Origin: an uncultured Methanosarcinales archaeon
Lineage (GTDB): Archaea > Nanobdellota > Nanobdellia > Woesearchaeales > CAYVYK01
Direction: 5' to 3'
DNA length: 64,000 bases
NCBI GenBank assembly: GCA_964455675.1
Contig: CAYVYK010000011.1
Location: 1 to 64,000, forward strand
Shown here: positions 31,703-42,703 of the stretch, one piece after another
Layout: the number at the start of each line of letters is the position of its first letter
How positions within the stretch are numbered: position 1 is the stretch's first letter
Notes under the pieces: model-generated
Told to the model about the DNA's origin: nothing
The model's database searches: none
Seen by the model: the letters and a program-made list of their open reading frames with translations, nothing else
Program-made: the position numbers and the translations under genes

Positions 31703-32245
31703 CTAGAACGATTTTTCCTTCAGCACTCGACGGTGTTTTTCGAGATAATGGTACACTGTTGCATGCGTGGACCCTGACAGCAGAAGCTCGATCGCGTGAC
31801 GCGCATAAGGGATGTTTGTGACAGGTCCAATAATACCAACAGTCTTGCCGTACACACAAATAGTGCAATCAGTCAGCTGCTCAATGACCCTCCGAGATTT
31901 CCCCGCAGCACCGATGACACGACCTTTCAAACGGACCTCATCATTCTTGGATTTTGCAAAGTCCTTCATCTCAACAATCTCAAAACCATAATCAAGACGC
32001 AGGAGGAGAAAAGCAACATCGGGATTGAAACCCCTGGCAACGGCCTTAATGATCTCACGCACAGTGTAGAGCATGAGCGGATCACCACCCTCGATCACGA
32101 CATCACCTTCTCTAGAATCAATCATCAACTTGCACTTAGCGGCATCCTCCAAACGACGTTTCATCTCGCCCTTCCTGCCGATAAGCACAGCTATTCTTTC
32201 CTTGGTGATCTTGATTTCCTGATTAAAAACTCCGGGTTCAGCCAT
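31703..32245 (-). CDS. KH-domain pre-rRNA processing protein (Dim2/Pno1-like)
   Basis: Two KH GxxG loops (IGRKG, IGAAG); ARGF; located between rio1 and top6B. Confidence 0.9.
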   Translation of the reverse strand: MAEPGVFNQEIKITKERIAVLIGRKGEMKRRLEDAAKCKLMIDSREGDVVIEGGDPLMLYTVREIIKAVARGFNPDVAFLLLRLDYGFEIVEMKDFAKSKNDEVRLKGRVIGAAGKSRRVIEQLTDCTICVYGKTVGIIGPVTNIPYARHAIELLLSGSTHATVYHYLEKHRRVLKEKSF

Positions 32246-32272
32246 AGTATCACGATGTTATGCGGGGGGTTA

Positions 32273-32992
32273 TTAAGCTTTTATTCTGCTGATGACTTCA
32301 TCAGGATCCTTTTTCAACTTCAGTTTCGCAAAATGCGAACACATGTTGCGCACATCGCGCACTAAAAATTCCTCAGCATGAGGAGACTTCTGCAGCGTTG
32401 CCTGCGACATATCGATAAACACGGGCCGCTCATCATGATTAAGGATGTTGAAAGCGGACAGATCGGCATGGACAATCCCCGCACGGTAAAGCTTCCTCAT
32501 ATCATCGATGATCAAAGAGAAGAACCTCTCTGGATCCTTCGGCGGAGCATCCTTGAGCATCCTTGCAGGATAGTATGTATCACCATCCACCACACCAACA
32601 AACTCCATGATAATGATATTGAACCGCTGAGCAATAGGCGTCGGAACAGCCACCATCGCCTCCCTTGCCTTGAGGAGGTTGCGATACTCACGCTGCGCCC
32701 ACGCAAAGATCACCTTCCTCCGATTGTTCTTCACTGCAGGATACCTCGGATCATTACTGATATACTCCCACATTTTAAGAAAATCCACCGTCTGAATAGA
32801 ATAAATCTTTACAATAACAGGCTCATCATCCTTATTCATCGCAATGAAGATACTCGCTTCCTTGCCCATGTTGATTTGACCGAGCAGACCCTGCAGACCG
32901 TGCTGCCTGATGAGCTTGTAGAGATTATCGTTCGTGAACTCATCAAAGACGTGCGCGTAGGTCTTGAAGCGCTCACTTGATTCTTTCGCCAT
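32273..32992 (-). CDS. rio1: RIO1-family serine kinase
   Basis: GKEA, WAQREYRNL, HADLSAFNIL, IDMSQA. Confidence 0.92.
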   Translation of the reverse strand: MAKESSERFKTYAHVFDEFTNDNLYKLIRQHGLQGLLGQINMGKEASIFIAMNKDDEPVIVKIYSIQTVDFLKMWEYISNDPRYPAVKNNRRKVIFAWAQREYRNLLKAREAMVAVPTPIAQRFNIIIMEFVGVVDGDTYYPARMLKDAPPKDPERFFSLIIDDMRKLYRAGIVHADLSAFNILNHDERPVFIDMSQATLQKSPHAEEFLVRDVRNMCSHFAKLKLKKDPDEVISRIKA

Positions 32993-33170
32993 GAATACAG
33001 AATCTGCGCGTGGATTATAAAAAACATAGCTTGTATTCCTCGTGCATTTCAGCTGTACCTCGAGAGCCCACCCGAAACCTTTAAAAAGGGCCCCCGATTC
33101 TTTGAACTAGAGCCCGAGTCAACCGGCGTCATTAGGGCGTTTCTTAGGTTGACTCTCTCGGATGATACTC

Positions 33171-33653
33171 ATGGCAGAACAAGTCAAATACCTTGTCAGA
33201 ATCGCCAACACAGACCTTGACGGAAGCAAAGGCATCGCACAAGCACTGCGCAAAATTAAGGGAGTCAGCTTCATGTACGCAAACATGATCTGCAAGATGG
33301 CAGGCGTTGAGCGAAACCGAAAGGCAGGAACACTCCTCGATGCAGAAGTGAGAAAGCTCGAAGAAATCATGCTTACTCCGGAAAAATTCGGTGCGCCAGA
33401 GTGGCTCCTTAACCGAAGAAAGGAACCGGAAACGGGAGAAGACCACCACCTCGTCATGTCAAACCTCACATTCCAACAGGATAATGACCTTAAAATGCTC
33501 AAGAAGATGAAGACATACAAGGGAGTGCGACACATGTTCGGACTTACTGTACGCGGACAACGCACAAAGAGCAAACACCGAAGGAACAAGTCACGCGGTA
33601 AAGGATCGCTCGGCGTAAAACGCAATGCCGATGCGAAGAAGGGACGCACGTAA
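33171..33653 (+). CDS. rps13: 30S ribosomal protein uS13
   Basis: IKGVS, PEWLLNRR, YKGVRH..GLTVRGQRTK. Confidence 0.95.
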   Translation: MAEQVKYLVRIANTDLDGSKGIAQALRKIKGVSFMYANMICKMAGVERNRKAGTLLDAEVRKLEEIMLTPEKFGAPEWLLNRRKEPETGEDHHLVMSNLTFQQDNDLKMLKKMKTYKGVRHMFGLTVRGQRTKSKHRRNKSRGKGSLGVKRNADAKKGRT

Positions 33654-33662
33654 GGTGAATGA

Positions 33663-34235
33663 ATGGGAGACCCAAAAAGGATCCAAGGCAAGTTCAGCAG
33701 ACCACTCAAACGATGGGATAAAACCCGAATCGATGAAGAAAAAAAGCTCCTGAAGGAATACTCGCTCAAGAACAAGAGCGAGATCTGGAAAGCATATGCG
33801 AAAGTAAGCTACCTCACCACGAGAGTCAAGCTCCTTGTGCGCGAGCGCGGCGCGAGCGCAGACATGAACAGAGACAAGTTCCTTGCACACGTCAAAGCAA
33901 TGGGATTTGTTCCTGAACAATCAACACTTGACCAAGTGCTTGGACTCCAGACAAGAAACATCCTCGATCGGAGACTCCAAACAATTGTTTGCAAGAAGAA
34001 CCTTGCCCACACCATGAAACAAGCACGACAGTTCATCACGCACAATCACATCGTCCTCAAGGACCGAGTAATCAACAGGCCGAGTTACCTTGTACCGCTC
34101 GCGGAAGAAAATGCCATCGCATTCAAGCTCGCATCAACATTAAGCTCAGCAGACCATCCTGAACGGACCGTTAAGAAAAAGGAACCGAAGAAAGAACAGA
34201 AACGAAGGGGTCCCCCACGACGAGGTAGACAATAA
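33663..34235 (+). CDS. rps4: 30S ribosomal protein uS4
   Basis: [28 protein letters not shown]. Confidence 0.95.
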   Translation: MGDPKRIQGKFSRPLKRWDKTRIDEEKKLLKEYSLKNKSEIWKAYAKVSYLTTRVKLLVRERGASADMNRDKFLAHVKAMGFVPEQSTLDQVLGLQTRNILDRRLQTIVCKKNLAHTMKQARQFITHNHIVLKDRVINRPSYLVPLAEENAIAFKLASTLSSADHPERTVKKKEPKKEQKRRGPPRRGRQ

Positions 34236-34633
34236 TGAGAACCGACAAAACAACGTGGGGAATAGCACACATTTACTCAAGCTACAACAACACGATCATC
34301 CACATCACGGACATCAGCGGCACGGAAACAATCGCACGAGTCTCGGGCGGAATGATGGTCAAATCTGACCGAATGGAATCAAGTCCAACCGCAGCGATGA
34401 TGGCCGCGAAAAAAGCAGCCGAAATCGCCTTTGAGAAAGGCATCAACGGCATCCATGTCAGGATCAAAGCACCCGGAGGCCATAACGGACCAAACAATCC
34501 TGGCCCCGGAGCACAACCAGCAATCAGAGCATTATCCCGTATGGGACTTCGGATTGGCATCATCGAGGATGTCACCCCCTTGCCGCACGATGGTTGCCGC
34601 AAGAAAGGAGGACGACGAGGTCGACGCGTATGA
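34235..34633 (+). CDS. rps11: 30S ribosomal protein uS11
   Basis: [37 protein letters not shown]. Confidence 0.97.
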   Translation: MRTDKTTWGIAHIYSSYNNTIIHITDISGTETIARVSGGMMVKSDRMESSPTAAMMAAKKAAEIAFEKGINGIHVRIKAPGGHNGPNNPGPGAQPAIRALSRMGLRIGIIEDVTPLPHDGCRKKGGRRGRRV

Positions 34634-35424
34634 AGCTAACAATGCTTAGCGAGGATAAGAAGCAAGGCAAATGCTCATTCCTCCTTGAGGGGGCAAATCC
34701 CACGATGGCAAATACCATCAGGAGAATCATCCTTCAGCAGGTACCCACGATGGCGATCGAGAATGTTGAGATATCAAAGAACAGTTCCGTGCTCTACGAC
34801 GAAATGATCGCGCATAGGCTCGGACTCATCCCACTCACAACGGACCTCAAAGGATATGATATGCCGGAAAATTATCCAAACAACGGCGAAGGCAATCCAA
34901 AAGTCGAATGCCATCTCACCCTCAGCGCAAAAGGGCCAAGCACCGTTTATGCAAGCGACCTCCAAAGCAAAGACCCAAAGATCAAGCCAGTCCATCCAAA
35001 ACTACCAATCGTCAAGCTCCTCAAAGGACAAGAACTCGAACTCGACGCTATAGCAGTCCTCGGACGAGGAAAGACACACATGAAGTGGTCACCAGGACAC
35101 GTGTGGTACAAATACCGAACAATCATCAAAGTCAAGGATGCGAAGAAAGCAAAAGAACTCGCCGAACAGTTCAAGGATAAAGACATCAAGAATCCGGAAA
35201 TGAACGTCATGGCAGAAGCAGACCTCAAATTCAACCTGCCCCTATACATCATGGAAGAACATCCGGATGCATTCGAGATCAGCTACAGCGACACCGACTT
35301 CGTCTTTTACATCGAAGCCTGGGGACAGCTTAGCTACAAAGAAATCATGATCAAAGCGGCGGAAATAATGACCGCCAAACTGGAGGATTTTGAGCAAACA
35401 CTCAAAAAACTCGATATACCCTAA
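34630..35424 (+). CDS. rpoD: archaeal RNA polymerase subunit D (Rpo3)
   Basis: [30 protein letters not shown]. Confidence 0.95.
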   Translation: MKLTMLSEDKKQGKCSFLLEGANPTMANTIRRIILQQVPTMAIENVEISKNSSVLYDEMIAHRLGLIPLTTDLKGYDMPENYPNNGEGNPKVECHLTLSAKGPSTVYASDLQSKDPKIKPVHPKLPIVKLLKGQELELDAIAVLGRGKTHMKWSPGHVWYKYRTIIKVKDAKKAKELAEQFKDKDIKNPEMNVMAEADLKFNLPLYIMEEHPDAFEISYSDTDFVFYIEAWGQLSYKEIMIKAAEIMTAKLEDFEQTLKKLDIP

Positions 35425-35425
35425 T

Positions 35426-35523
35426 GCGAGGGTGCCGGAGTGGCCAAACGGGCATGGTTGAGGTCATATAGGCAAACGCCATGTGGCTTAGTGCCTGCGC
35501 GAGTTCGAACCTCGTCCCTCGCA
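35426..35523 (+). tRNA. tRNA-Leu(GAG) with 14-nt intron (35464-35477)
   Basis: Acceptor GCGAGGG/CCCTCGC, anticodon stem CATGG/CCATG, long variable arm, GTTCGAAC; usual archaeal position between rpoD and rpl18e. Confidence 0.92.
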
Positions 35524-35540
35524 TCATGGTCGTGAGATTC

Positions 35541-35897
35541 ATGAGAACAACACATTCACCAAACGAATACCTGAACGCGCTCATCAAGGAGCTGCGAAAA
35601 GCCTCACATCAGGCTCCGCTCTGGACGACAATCGCGTCAGAACTATCAAAACCAACGAGCCAGCGAAGAGTCGTCAACATCTCACGACTCAACCGCGTAT
35701 GCAAGGACAACGAAATAGTCATCGTACCTGGAAAAGTCCTTGGAAGCGGAATGCTCGCACACAAGCTCACGATCGCCGCATGGAATTTCTCGACAACGGC
35801 ACGAGAACAAATCATCAAGCAGAACGGGAAAGCCATGAGCATCCCGGAACTACTCAAAGAAAACCCCAAAGCAACGGGAGTAAGAATCATAGGCTGA
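35541..35897 (+). CDS. rpl18e: 50S ribosomal protein eL18
   Basis: VNISRLNR, VPGKVLGSG; operon position. Confidence 0.93.
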   Translation: MRTTHSPNEYLNALIKELRKASHQAPLWTTIASELSKPTSQRRVVNISRLNRVCKDNEIVIVPGKVLGSGMLAHKLTIAAWNFSTTAREQIIKQNGKAMSIPELLKENPKATGVRIIG

Positions 35898-35901
35898 TAC
35901 C

Positions 35902-36324
35902 ATGGAACTCATCGTCGACGCAACAGATATGCTTGTAGGAAGGTTTGGAAGCTACGTCGCCAAACAAGCAATCCTCGGAGCAAAAGTTTCCGTCATCAAC
36001 TGCGACAAGGCAGTCATTAGCGGAAAACGCCTCAAAGTCATCAAGGAATTCTTGCACAAAAAAGACATGGGCACCTGGTCCCACGGACCGTTCTACTTCA
36101 GATCAAGCGACAGGTTCGTGAAACGCATGATCAGAGGAATGCTTCCCCACAAACAGCAAAAGGGCAGGGACGCGCTCGCACGCATCAAGTGCTACAACGG
36201 CGTGCCTGAAACGCTCAAAGACAAGCAAGCAATCAGCTACCCGCAGGCACACGCATCACGACTACAAAGAATCACGGTCGTTACGATCAAAGAAGTCTGC
36301 AAGCACATAGGAGGAACAGCATGA
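35902..36324 (+). CDS. rpl13: 50S ribosomal protein uL13
   Basis: VDATDMLVGR, IRGMLPHK. Confidence 0.94.
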   Translation: MELIVDATDMLVGRFGSYVAKQAILGAKVSVINCDKAVISGKRLKVIKEFLHKKDMGTWSHGPFYFRSSDRFVKRMIRGMLPHKQQKGRDALARIKCYNGVPETLKDKQAISYPQAHASRLQRITVVTIKEVCKHIGGTA

Positions 36325-36716
36325 AAGTCATCCATGTGAGCGGAACACGCAAACGCGCACAAGCACGCGCAACACTCTGGCAAGGGAAGGGAATCGTACG
36401 AATCAACGGACACGAGGTACAGACACTCGAGCCAGAATCAACCAGACTCAAGATCCAAGAACCAATCATTCTCGCCGGAGAGAGCGCAAAAGGAGTAGAC
36501 ATCTCCGTCAGCGTTTTTGGCGGCGGACAAACAAGCCAAGCAGATGCTATCAGACTCACAATCGCACGAGCACTCAGCGCGTACAATAAAAAACTCGAAC
36601 CCATATTCCTCAAATACGACCGCAACCTCCTCGTTGCGGACGTGCGGCGAAAAGAAACACACAAGCCCAACTGCCACGGAAAAGCACGCGCAAAACGACA
36701 AAAGAGCTACAGGTGA
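36321..36716 (+). CDS. rps9: 30S ribosomal protein uS9
   Basis: [29 protein letters not shown]. Confidence 0.96.
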   Translation: MKVIHVSGTRKRAQARATLWQGKGIVRINGHEVQTLEPESTRLKIQEPIILAGESAKGVDISVSVFGGGQTSQADAIRLTIARALSAYNKKLEPIFLKYDRNLLVADVRRKETHKPNCHGKARAKRQKSYR

Positions 36717-36720
36717 GCAC

Positions 36721-36918
36721 ATGATAATCCCTATACGATGCTGGAGCTGCGGAAAACCAATAGGCCACCTTTGGGAAGAGTTCAAGGAACGCGTGGAAAA
36801 CGGCGAAGACAAAAAGAAAGTCCTTGACCAACTGGGCCTTGAGCGATACTGCTGCAGGGGCATGATGCTTGGCCAAGTAGACCTCATCGATACCGCGGCA
36901 CAGTTCAAGAAGTTCTAG
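36721..36918 (+). CDS. rpoN: archaeal RNA polymerase subunit N (Rpo10)
   Basis: [12 protein letters not shown]...RYCCR. Confidence 0.96.
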   Translation: MIIPIRCWSCGKPIGHLWEEFKERVENGEDKKKVLDQLGLERYCCRGMMLGQVDLIDTAAQFKKF

Positions 36919-36986
36919 ACAGGAATACAACACCCCATTTATTAGGCAGCAATAGTTTTTTATTCTCCATTGTGCTCCCTAAATGT

Positions 36987-37703
36987 ATGACAATCACAAG
37001 AAAGCACGTCGTGTTCCTTCTCCTCTTCCTCACCCTTGCATTCATCAGCATGAACATCAATTTCTCAAAGATCGTGGGAGAGGAAAACCAATACTTCACA
37101 GTGTTTCAGTTCTTTGCGCCATTGGCTGGAGCATTCATCGGAACACCGCTTGGAGCAATAGTGCTATTCCTCGCGCAAGTCATCAATGCACTCTTTAAAG
37201 GAAACATTCCGACATGGCTTGCCCTCGTGCGAATGATGCCAATAATCATCGCCGCATACTACTTTGCGAGATTGACCAAAAAAACCACAATGAGCAAGGC
37301 ACTCATGATTATCATCCCAATTTTGGCAATGGTAATCTTCATGACGCACCCTATCGCCAGGGGTGCATGGTACTATTCACTTTACTGGCTCATCCCTATC
37401 GGAGGAGTACTGCTGCCAACAAAGATCCCTGGAATACTCTTCATTAGAAGCATCGGGGCAACATTTACCGCGCATGCAGTCGGGAGTATCATTTGGCTCT
37501 ACACCGTACCCATGACCGCAGCGCAGTGGAGCGGACTTGTTCCCGTGGTAGCAATCGAACGGCTGATCTTTGCCCTTGGCATCATGGCATCATATATCGT
37601 TATGAACACCGTCCTTGACAGAGTTTCCGCAAGGCTACCAACAGGCATCATCGTCGACAAAAGCTATACAATACCAGAAGTATTCAAAGCTCTCTCTTCA
37701 TAA
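36987..37703 (+). CDS. membrane protein, ECF S-component-like
   Basis: 6-7 TM; ATFTAHAVGS and VVAIER motifs. Confidence 0.55.
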   Translation: MTITRKHVVFLLLFLTLAFISMNINFSKIVGEENQYFTVFQFFAPLAGAFIGTPLGAIVLFLAQVINALFKGNIPTWLALVRMMPIIIAAYYFARLTKKTTMSKALMIIIPILAMVIFMTHPIARGAWYYSLYWLIPIGGVLLPTKIPGILFIRSIGATFTAHAVGSIIWLYTVPMTAAQWSGLVPVVAIERLIFALGIMASYIVMNTVLDRVSARLPTGIIVDKSYTIPEVFKALSS

Positions 37704-39331
37704 TCAGCATTCTCCACTTCAAAGAGCAGCCAAGAACCAGCGATAACATCAATACGATCGTAGTTATACAGCCAGGAATAACACTGCTCCCTGCTCTTAA
37801 ACAAGCCGACATAATTATTCACAGAAACAAGCACAGTCCCAGCGACTGGAGAACAGCCGGGATTCACGTAGACCATATTGTCACGGGATGCAACATACCA
37901 CTCTGCAAACTTCTCACCCTGCCCCCAATCAGTGTCGGAATCAGCGAGGTGACGATACCCATTCTTGACGCCAACGACCTCATTGTAATACCCAAGGTAA
38001 TACGGATAGGCAAGCACACAGGAGACGATTAGGAAAGCAACTGCCGCCACAATCACATACTTCAACCTCTCGATCGAAGCGGCGCGAGCAGAGATCAGAC
38101 AGATGAAAGGAATAACAAAAAGAATATGGCGGATACCAAGATTAATCCGCGAACTGACCGTGAAAAGAACGTACGTGAGCACGACGACGGAGATCATCAG
38201 AAAATAGATCCAGTCACCAGGCTTTTGCACGCGAAGCAAAGAGGCAAGCGCAAGCACAAGCAAGAGAAGAATCGCAAGGGGAAATTTGATCAATGATGCA
38301 TACACATAATACTGAGGAAAACCGACAATACTCCTCACACCGCGCAGATAGGCAAACGCAATCGTATGATACGTCTCGGCGTGCCACTTCGCATAATCAA
38401 AATGCAGCATAAACCTCTCAGGCAGAGGAACTGGCAAATCGGAGGTCATAGGATTTTCTGCGAGGGAACTCAGCAGGGAACTTCTAAACTCAAAAGAACC
38501 CAAGGGATGAAACAATCCATGGAAGAAGAAACCTGCACACGTGAGGAAGAGAACAAGAGCACAGGATACCACAAGATGTGAAAGCATGACCTTTAGTTTA
38601 ACAGGACGAGTCCATACGAGGCCAAAAATCATCACAGGAATGAGAATAGCTGCGGTAAACTTCGACAACAGCGCGCCTGTGAACGCAACCGACGTGAGGA
38701 ACGCGTACTTCCACCCTGGTTCCTTAACGTAGCACGTAAAAAAATGGAAGGTAAGCAGCATCATGAGCGTCACAAGGAGATCGGTCGTCGACAACGCGCC
38801 AAAGGCAACAAGCGAAGGAAAGAACACACAGAGAAGCAACGCAAGCTTGGATTCCGCTGCACCAAGAAATTTTCTGGCACAGATGAACACTGCGTACGCA
38901 AGCCACACAAGCAAAGCAACAACCATGACACGCGCAAAATACAAATCCAAAGGAAAAGAAGGTGGAGGCTCGCCTACATCATACACAATCGGGCGTCCAA
39001 GCATCAGGAAAGGGAGCGCAAGAAACGAACGAAGAGGAGGATTATCATCAAGCACAAACTCAGGAAGCGCAGCATGCTGCAAAACATATGAACCATACTG
39101 AATATGCAACATCTCATCATACGTCGGAGAATATACATGCACGAGCAATAACGCCTGCAGCGCAATAAGGACAAGGAAAAAAGCAACATAGAAGCGATCA
39201 TTCTTCACAATCTTTGGTACAGATATCCTCAAAGTAACAAAATGAATGACAAACACCAAGACAGCAGACAGAAACGCGACAACCAACAGAACATTCAGGA
39301 ACAGATATCCGGGAATAAAGGAATCAAACAT
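37664..39331 (-). CDS. ArnT/PMT-like (GT-C) membrane glycosyltransferase
   Basis: PTYDE first-loop motif, NPPL, SKFTA, GIRHIL, DSDTDWGQ; start uncertain (up to 39382). Confidence 0.75.
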   Translation of the reverse strand: MFDSFIPGYLFLNVLLVVAFLSAVLVFVIHFVTLRISVPKIVKNDRFYVAFFLVLIALQALLLVHVYSPTYDEMLHIQYGSYVLQHAALPEFVLDDNPPLRSFLALPFLMLGRPIVYDVGEPPPSFPLDLYFARVMVVALLVWLAYAVFICARKFLGAAESKLALLLCVFFPSLVAFGALSTTDLLVTLMMLLTFHFFTCYVKEPGWKYAFLTSVAFTGALLSKFTAAILIPVMIFGLVWTRPVKLKVMLSHLVVSCALVLFLTCAGFFFHGLFHPLGSFEFRSSLLSSLAENPMTSDLPVPLPERFMLHFDYAKWHAETYHTIAFAYLRGVRSIVGFPQYYVYASLIKFPLAILLLLVLALASLLRVQKPGDWIYFLMISVVVLTYVLFTVSSRINLGIRHILFVIPFICLISARAASIERLKYVIVAAVAFLIVSCVLAYPYYLGYYNEVVGVKNGYRHLADSDTDWGQGEKFAEWYVASRDNMVYVNPGCSPVAGTVLVSVNNYVGLFKSREQCYSWLYNYDRIDVIAGSWLLFEVENADYEERALNTSGIV

Positions 39332-39487
39332 TCGGGATGGTGATATGCGAATAGTTAATAAGATTAGCGACCAAGGATGCAAATAGCCAAGTCACACTCT
39401 TGTATGGCTAAAAAGAATATCTTACCAATGGGCTTACTGATGAACTCACCAATGATCTCTTGGTACCGCTTGATCTCTCTGCACGTC

Positions 39488-40051
39488 CTACTTCTTCATC
39501 TGTAAATCGTAGATCAAATCATCAAGGCGCTTTAAATTCCATTTGATGCTATCAGCCTTCTTGCGAAGCTCGCCATTACGCAAGTCCAGCTTCAGGAATT
39601 CACCGTACAGTTGCTCAACGAGCGCATACACCCTCTTCGCGTGATCAGGCCTTCCTTGGATTGCATCCTGAACCGCGCGGCGCACAAGCTCGCCAGAAAG
39701 GTCGCAAAGACCCATCAAATAGTCCTCGGTCTCAGCACCAAGAAGCTTCCTCGTTGGAATGGTGCCGGACTTCACAAATTCGAGGAATGCAGCAGCCTCC
39801 ACATATTCCTGCACTGCGGTCTTCTGGATGCCCACGTCAAAGGGAGTGTTTGGCATCTTCTTGAAGAGAACCTCCATCTGCTTCTGATGCTTTTCTGCGT
39901 CCTTCATCTCAGAACGATGGACGCTGTAGATACAGAGCTTTGAAAGACGGATGATTTCGCGCGCGAGCTGGATCACCTTCTCACGCTGGTCCTCAAAATC
40001 AGCCAGCTCCTTTCTCATCGCGTCAAATTCCTTACTCAGATTGGTATCCAT
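39488..40051 (-). CDS. translin/TRAX (C3PO) family protein
   Basis: QEYVEA, YLMGLCDLSGELVRRA, LRKKAD. Confidence 0.85.
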   Translation of the reverse strand: MDTNLSKEFDAMRKELADFEDQREKVIQLAREIIRLSKLCIYSVHRSEMKDAEKHQKQMEVLFKKMPNTPFDVGIQKTAVQEYVEAAAFLEFVKSGTIPTRKLLGAETEDYLMGLCDLSGELVRRAVQDAIQGRPDHAKRVYALVEQLYGEFLKLDLRNGELRKKADSIKWNLKRLDDLIYDLQMKK

Positions 40052-40233
40052 CCATCATGGACATGCAGGAGAGCTATAAAAGAGTTTGCCTCCCGAAGAC
40101 GTTGTATGCAATCGCACCATGAATAGGTAGCAAGCCATTCTGAATATAAAAATAAACAGGCAGTTTTCAGTCGGAAGAGGGTTTCCAGAAAACCACAAAG
40201 CTTATATATATTAGTATAGGATAAAGGATATCC

Positions 40234-40821
40234 ATGGCGGACAGCACATTTCGAGAGATGCTTACGTTCTTTCATGACCTTGGAGTCTATGATGTCATTC
40301 TACCGTTCCTTCTCGTGTTTGCCATCGTATTCGCAATCCTTGAAAAAACGAAGGTATTAGGCGTTGAGGAGATCGATAACCGCAAATACACCAAGAAAAA
40401 CCTCAACTCGCTCGTAGCGTTTGTCATTGGATTCTTCGTTATCGCAAGCTCGCGGCTTGTCGAGACCATCACGGAAGTATCCGCGAACATGGTAGTACTC
40501 CTTATGCTTATCGTGTTCTTCCTCCTCCTGATCGGAACATTCTACAAGGAAGGAGAAATGGTTGCGCTCACCGAAGGCCCATGGAGATATATCTGGATGA
40601 TCATCATGTTTGTCGGAATCGTTGCAATATTCCTCTGGGGCATCAAGAAAGAGGACGGGCAACCATGGCTTGAGTGGTTCTGGGAATACATCCGCGACAA
40701 CTACGAGAGCACGGCTGTGGCATCCATCATCATGATGGTTATCTTCATCGGGATCCTGTACTTCCTCGTTGCGTACGATGGAACGCCCAAGACCAAGGCA
40801 AAAGACAAGGAGAAAGACTGA
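40234..40821 (+). CDS. membrane protein, paralogue 1 of 4
   Basis: DVILPFLLVFAIVFAILEKTK motif, 5 TM. Confidence 0.8.
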   Translation: MADSTFREMLTFFHDLGVYDVILPFLLVFAIVFAILEKTKVLGVEEIDNRKYTKKNLNSLVAFVIGFFVIASSRLVETITEVSANMVVLLMLIVFFLLLIGTFYKEGEMVALTEGPWRYIWMIIMFVGIVAIFLWGIKKEDGQPWLEWFWEYIRDNYESTAVASIIMMVIFIGILYFLVAYDGTPKTKAKDKEKD

Positions 40822-40827
40822 GGTGGC

Positions 40828-41451
40828 ATGATGGCAGATTATAACTATGTGAATTTCTTCCTACGGCTGGAAGACATGGGGTTTACTGACGCTATACTGC
40901 CGTTCCTGTTCATCTTCGTCATCGTCTTTGCCATACTCCAAAAAATCCCGATTCTCGGAACGAAAAGCAAGCGGTTCAACGCCGTGATCGCATTCGTCAT
41001 TGGAATGTTCGTGGTCGTGCCACACATCATGGGCACGTATCCTGACGGATGGGACGTTGTCGAAATCATGAAAGCGTTCCTCCCAGGAGTGTCGGGAGTA
41101 CTCATCGCGTTCCTCATGATGCTTGTACTCATCGGTGTCTTTGGAGGATCACCGGGTGGCAAGAAATCTTCACTAGGCGGATGGATCGCGTTCGCGTCAT
41201 TCATCATCATTATTGTGATATTTGGCTCTGCCGCTGGATGGTGGGGCGGATGGGACCAGATCAGGAACTTTTTCGGAGATGATGCTGTTGCGCTGATTGT
41301 CATGCTCCTTGTCTTTGGAATAATCATCGCGTTTATCCTGAGCGACAAGAAAGTGTATAAGGACAAGGATGGGAAGGAGATACCAAGGATGAGGTTTTCA
41401 GAAAACTTGGGCAACTTCTTCTACAACCACGGCGGCAAAGAAGGAGAATGA
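40828..41451 (+). CDS. membrane protein, paralogue 2 of 4
   Basis: DAILPFLFIFVIVFAILQK; VPHIMGTYPDGWDVVEIM. Confidence 0.8.
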   Translation: MMADYNYVNFFLRLEDMGFTDAILPFLFIFVIVFAILQKIPILGTKSKRFNAVIAFVIGMFVVVPHIMGTYPDGWDVVEIMKAFLPGVSGVLIAFLMMLVLIGVFGGSPGGKKSSLGGWIAFASFIIIIVIFGSAAGWWGGWDQIRNFFGDDAVALIVMLLVFGIIIAFILSDKKVYKDKDGKEIPRMRFSENLGNFFYNHGGKEGE

Positions 41452-41509
41452 AATCCCACTTAAAAAGATATAAATAGCCAAAGCATATGGTGAGTTGAGA
41501 GGTGTCAGC

Positions 41510-42121
41510 ATGGTTTATGACTTTCGCGAACTGTTTATGAGACTTGAGAACTTCGGTCTGACAGACGCACTGCTACCGTTTCTTTTCGTCTTCGTGCTCA
41601 TCTTCGCACTCCTTGAGAAGGTGAAGATCTTCAACAAGGACAAGGAAAAGAACGAAGCTGACGCAAAGAAAGTACACGGCGTCATCGCGTTCGTTGTTGC
41701 CATGTTTGTTGTTGTACCACACATCACAGGCACATACCCTGATGGATGGGACATTGTCGAAATCATGAAGACGTTCCTGCCTGGCATCTCAGCAGTAATT
41801 GTCGCATTCCTCATGATGCTTCTCCTCATCGGACTCTTTGGGGGATCACCAAACAGGGCAGCTAGCAACATGCGCGCATGGATCAGCGTCCTTGCCCTCG
41901 TCATCGTCGTCGTCATCTTTGGAGCAAGCGCGGGATGGTGGAGAGGATGGGACTGGCTCATCAATGTCCTTGGAGAGGACGCGGTTGCGATCATCATCAT
42001 GCTCCTCGTCTTTGGGATCATCATCGCATACATCCTTTCTGACAGCGATGAAGCGAAGAGAAATGAAAGATTCATGGATTCCTGGGGCAAGTTCTTCTTC
42101 GGAGGAGGAGGAACTGAATAG
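41510..42121 (+). CDS. membrane protein, paralogue 3 of 4
   Basis: DALLPFLFVFVLIFALLEK; VPHITGTYPDGWDIVEIM; GAGGTG RBS. Confidence 0.8.
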   Translation: MVYDFRELFMRLENFGLTDALLPFLFVFVLIFALLEKVKIFNKDKEKNEADAKKVHGVIAFVVAMFVVVPHITGTYPDGWDIVEIMKTFLPGISAVIVAFLMMLLLIGLFGGSPNRAASNMRAWISVLALVIVVVIFGASAGWWRGWDWLINVLGEDAVAIIIMLLVFGIIIAYILSDSDEAKRNERFMDSWGKFFFGGGGTE

Positions 42122-42124
42122 GGT

Positions 42125-42703
42125 ATGGCATCACCCCTTGACTTCGGATTATTAAGCGGACGATTCTCTTTCATATTCCCGCTACTCCTCGTGTTTGCAC
42201 TTGTCTACGGAATACTTACATTCACAAAGCCGTTCAAGGAAAATAGGGGAGTGTATTCACTCATTGCCCTCGTGTTCGCACTGATGACGCTCTTCTCGCC
42301 GATCGCAAGGCTCTCCATCAACAAGATGGCCCCGTGGTTTGTGCTCCTTGTGGTGTGCGCAGTCTTTTTCCTCATCATCCTCAAGATGTTCAACATCAGC
42401 GACACGGACATCTCAGGAGTGCTCAAGTCAAACAAATACGACTACCTGAATTTCTGGATATTTGGAATCATCGCACTCATCGTGATCGGAAGCATTGTAA
42501 GCGCTGTATCCGATATCGGAGGGATAGGCGCCGACGGTAGCAGTGTTCGGAATGCATCGCTTGAAGATCGCGAAGGAGACATCGACAGTGCGAACCAGGA
42601 AAGCGCATTCTGGGCCACGATCACCCATCCGAAAGTACTAGGGCTCGCGTTATTACTCCTTATCGGAGCGGCCACGGTGCAGCGAATGAGTTCAGCCCCA
42701 TGA
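42125..42703 (+). CDS. membrane protein, paralogue 4 of 4
   Basis: IFPLLLVFALVYGILTFTK variant motif. Confidence 0.75.
   Translation: MASPLDFGLLSGRFSFIFPLLLVFALVYGILTFTKPFKENRGVYSLIALVFALMTLFSPIARLSINKMAPWFVLLVVCAVFFLIILKMFNISDTDISGVLKSNKYDYLNFWIFGIIALIVIGSIVSAVSDIGGIGADGSSVRNASLEDREGDIDSANQESAFWATITHPKVLGLALLLLIGAATVQRMSSAP

Noticed and set aside
35481..35540. N-terminal extension of rpl18e in the ORF track
   Set aside because: Overlaps tRNA-Leu. Similar over-extended starts were trimmed for ychF, rpoD, rpoN, dnaG, adk and others
41515..42174. Minus-strand ORFs over the membrane paralogues (also 40845-41414)
   Set aside because: Antisense shadows of hydrophobic coding sequence
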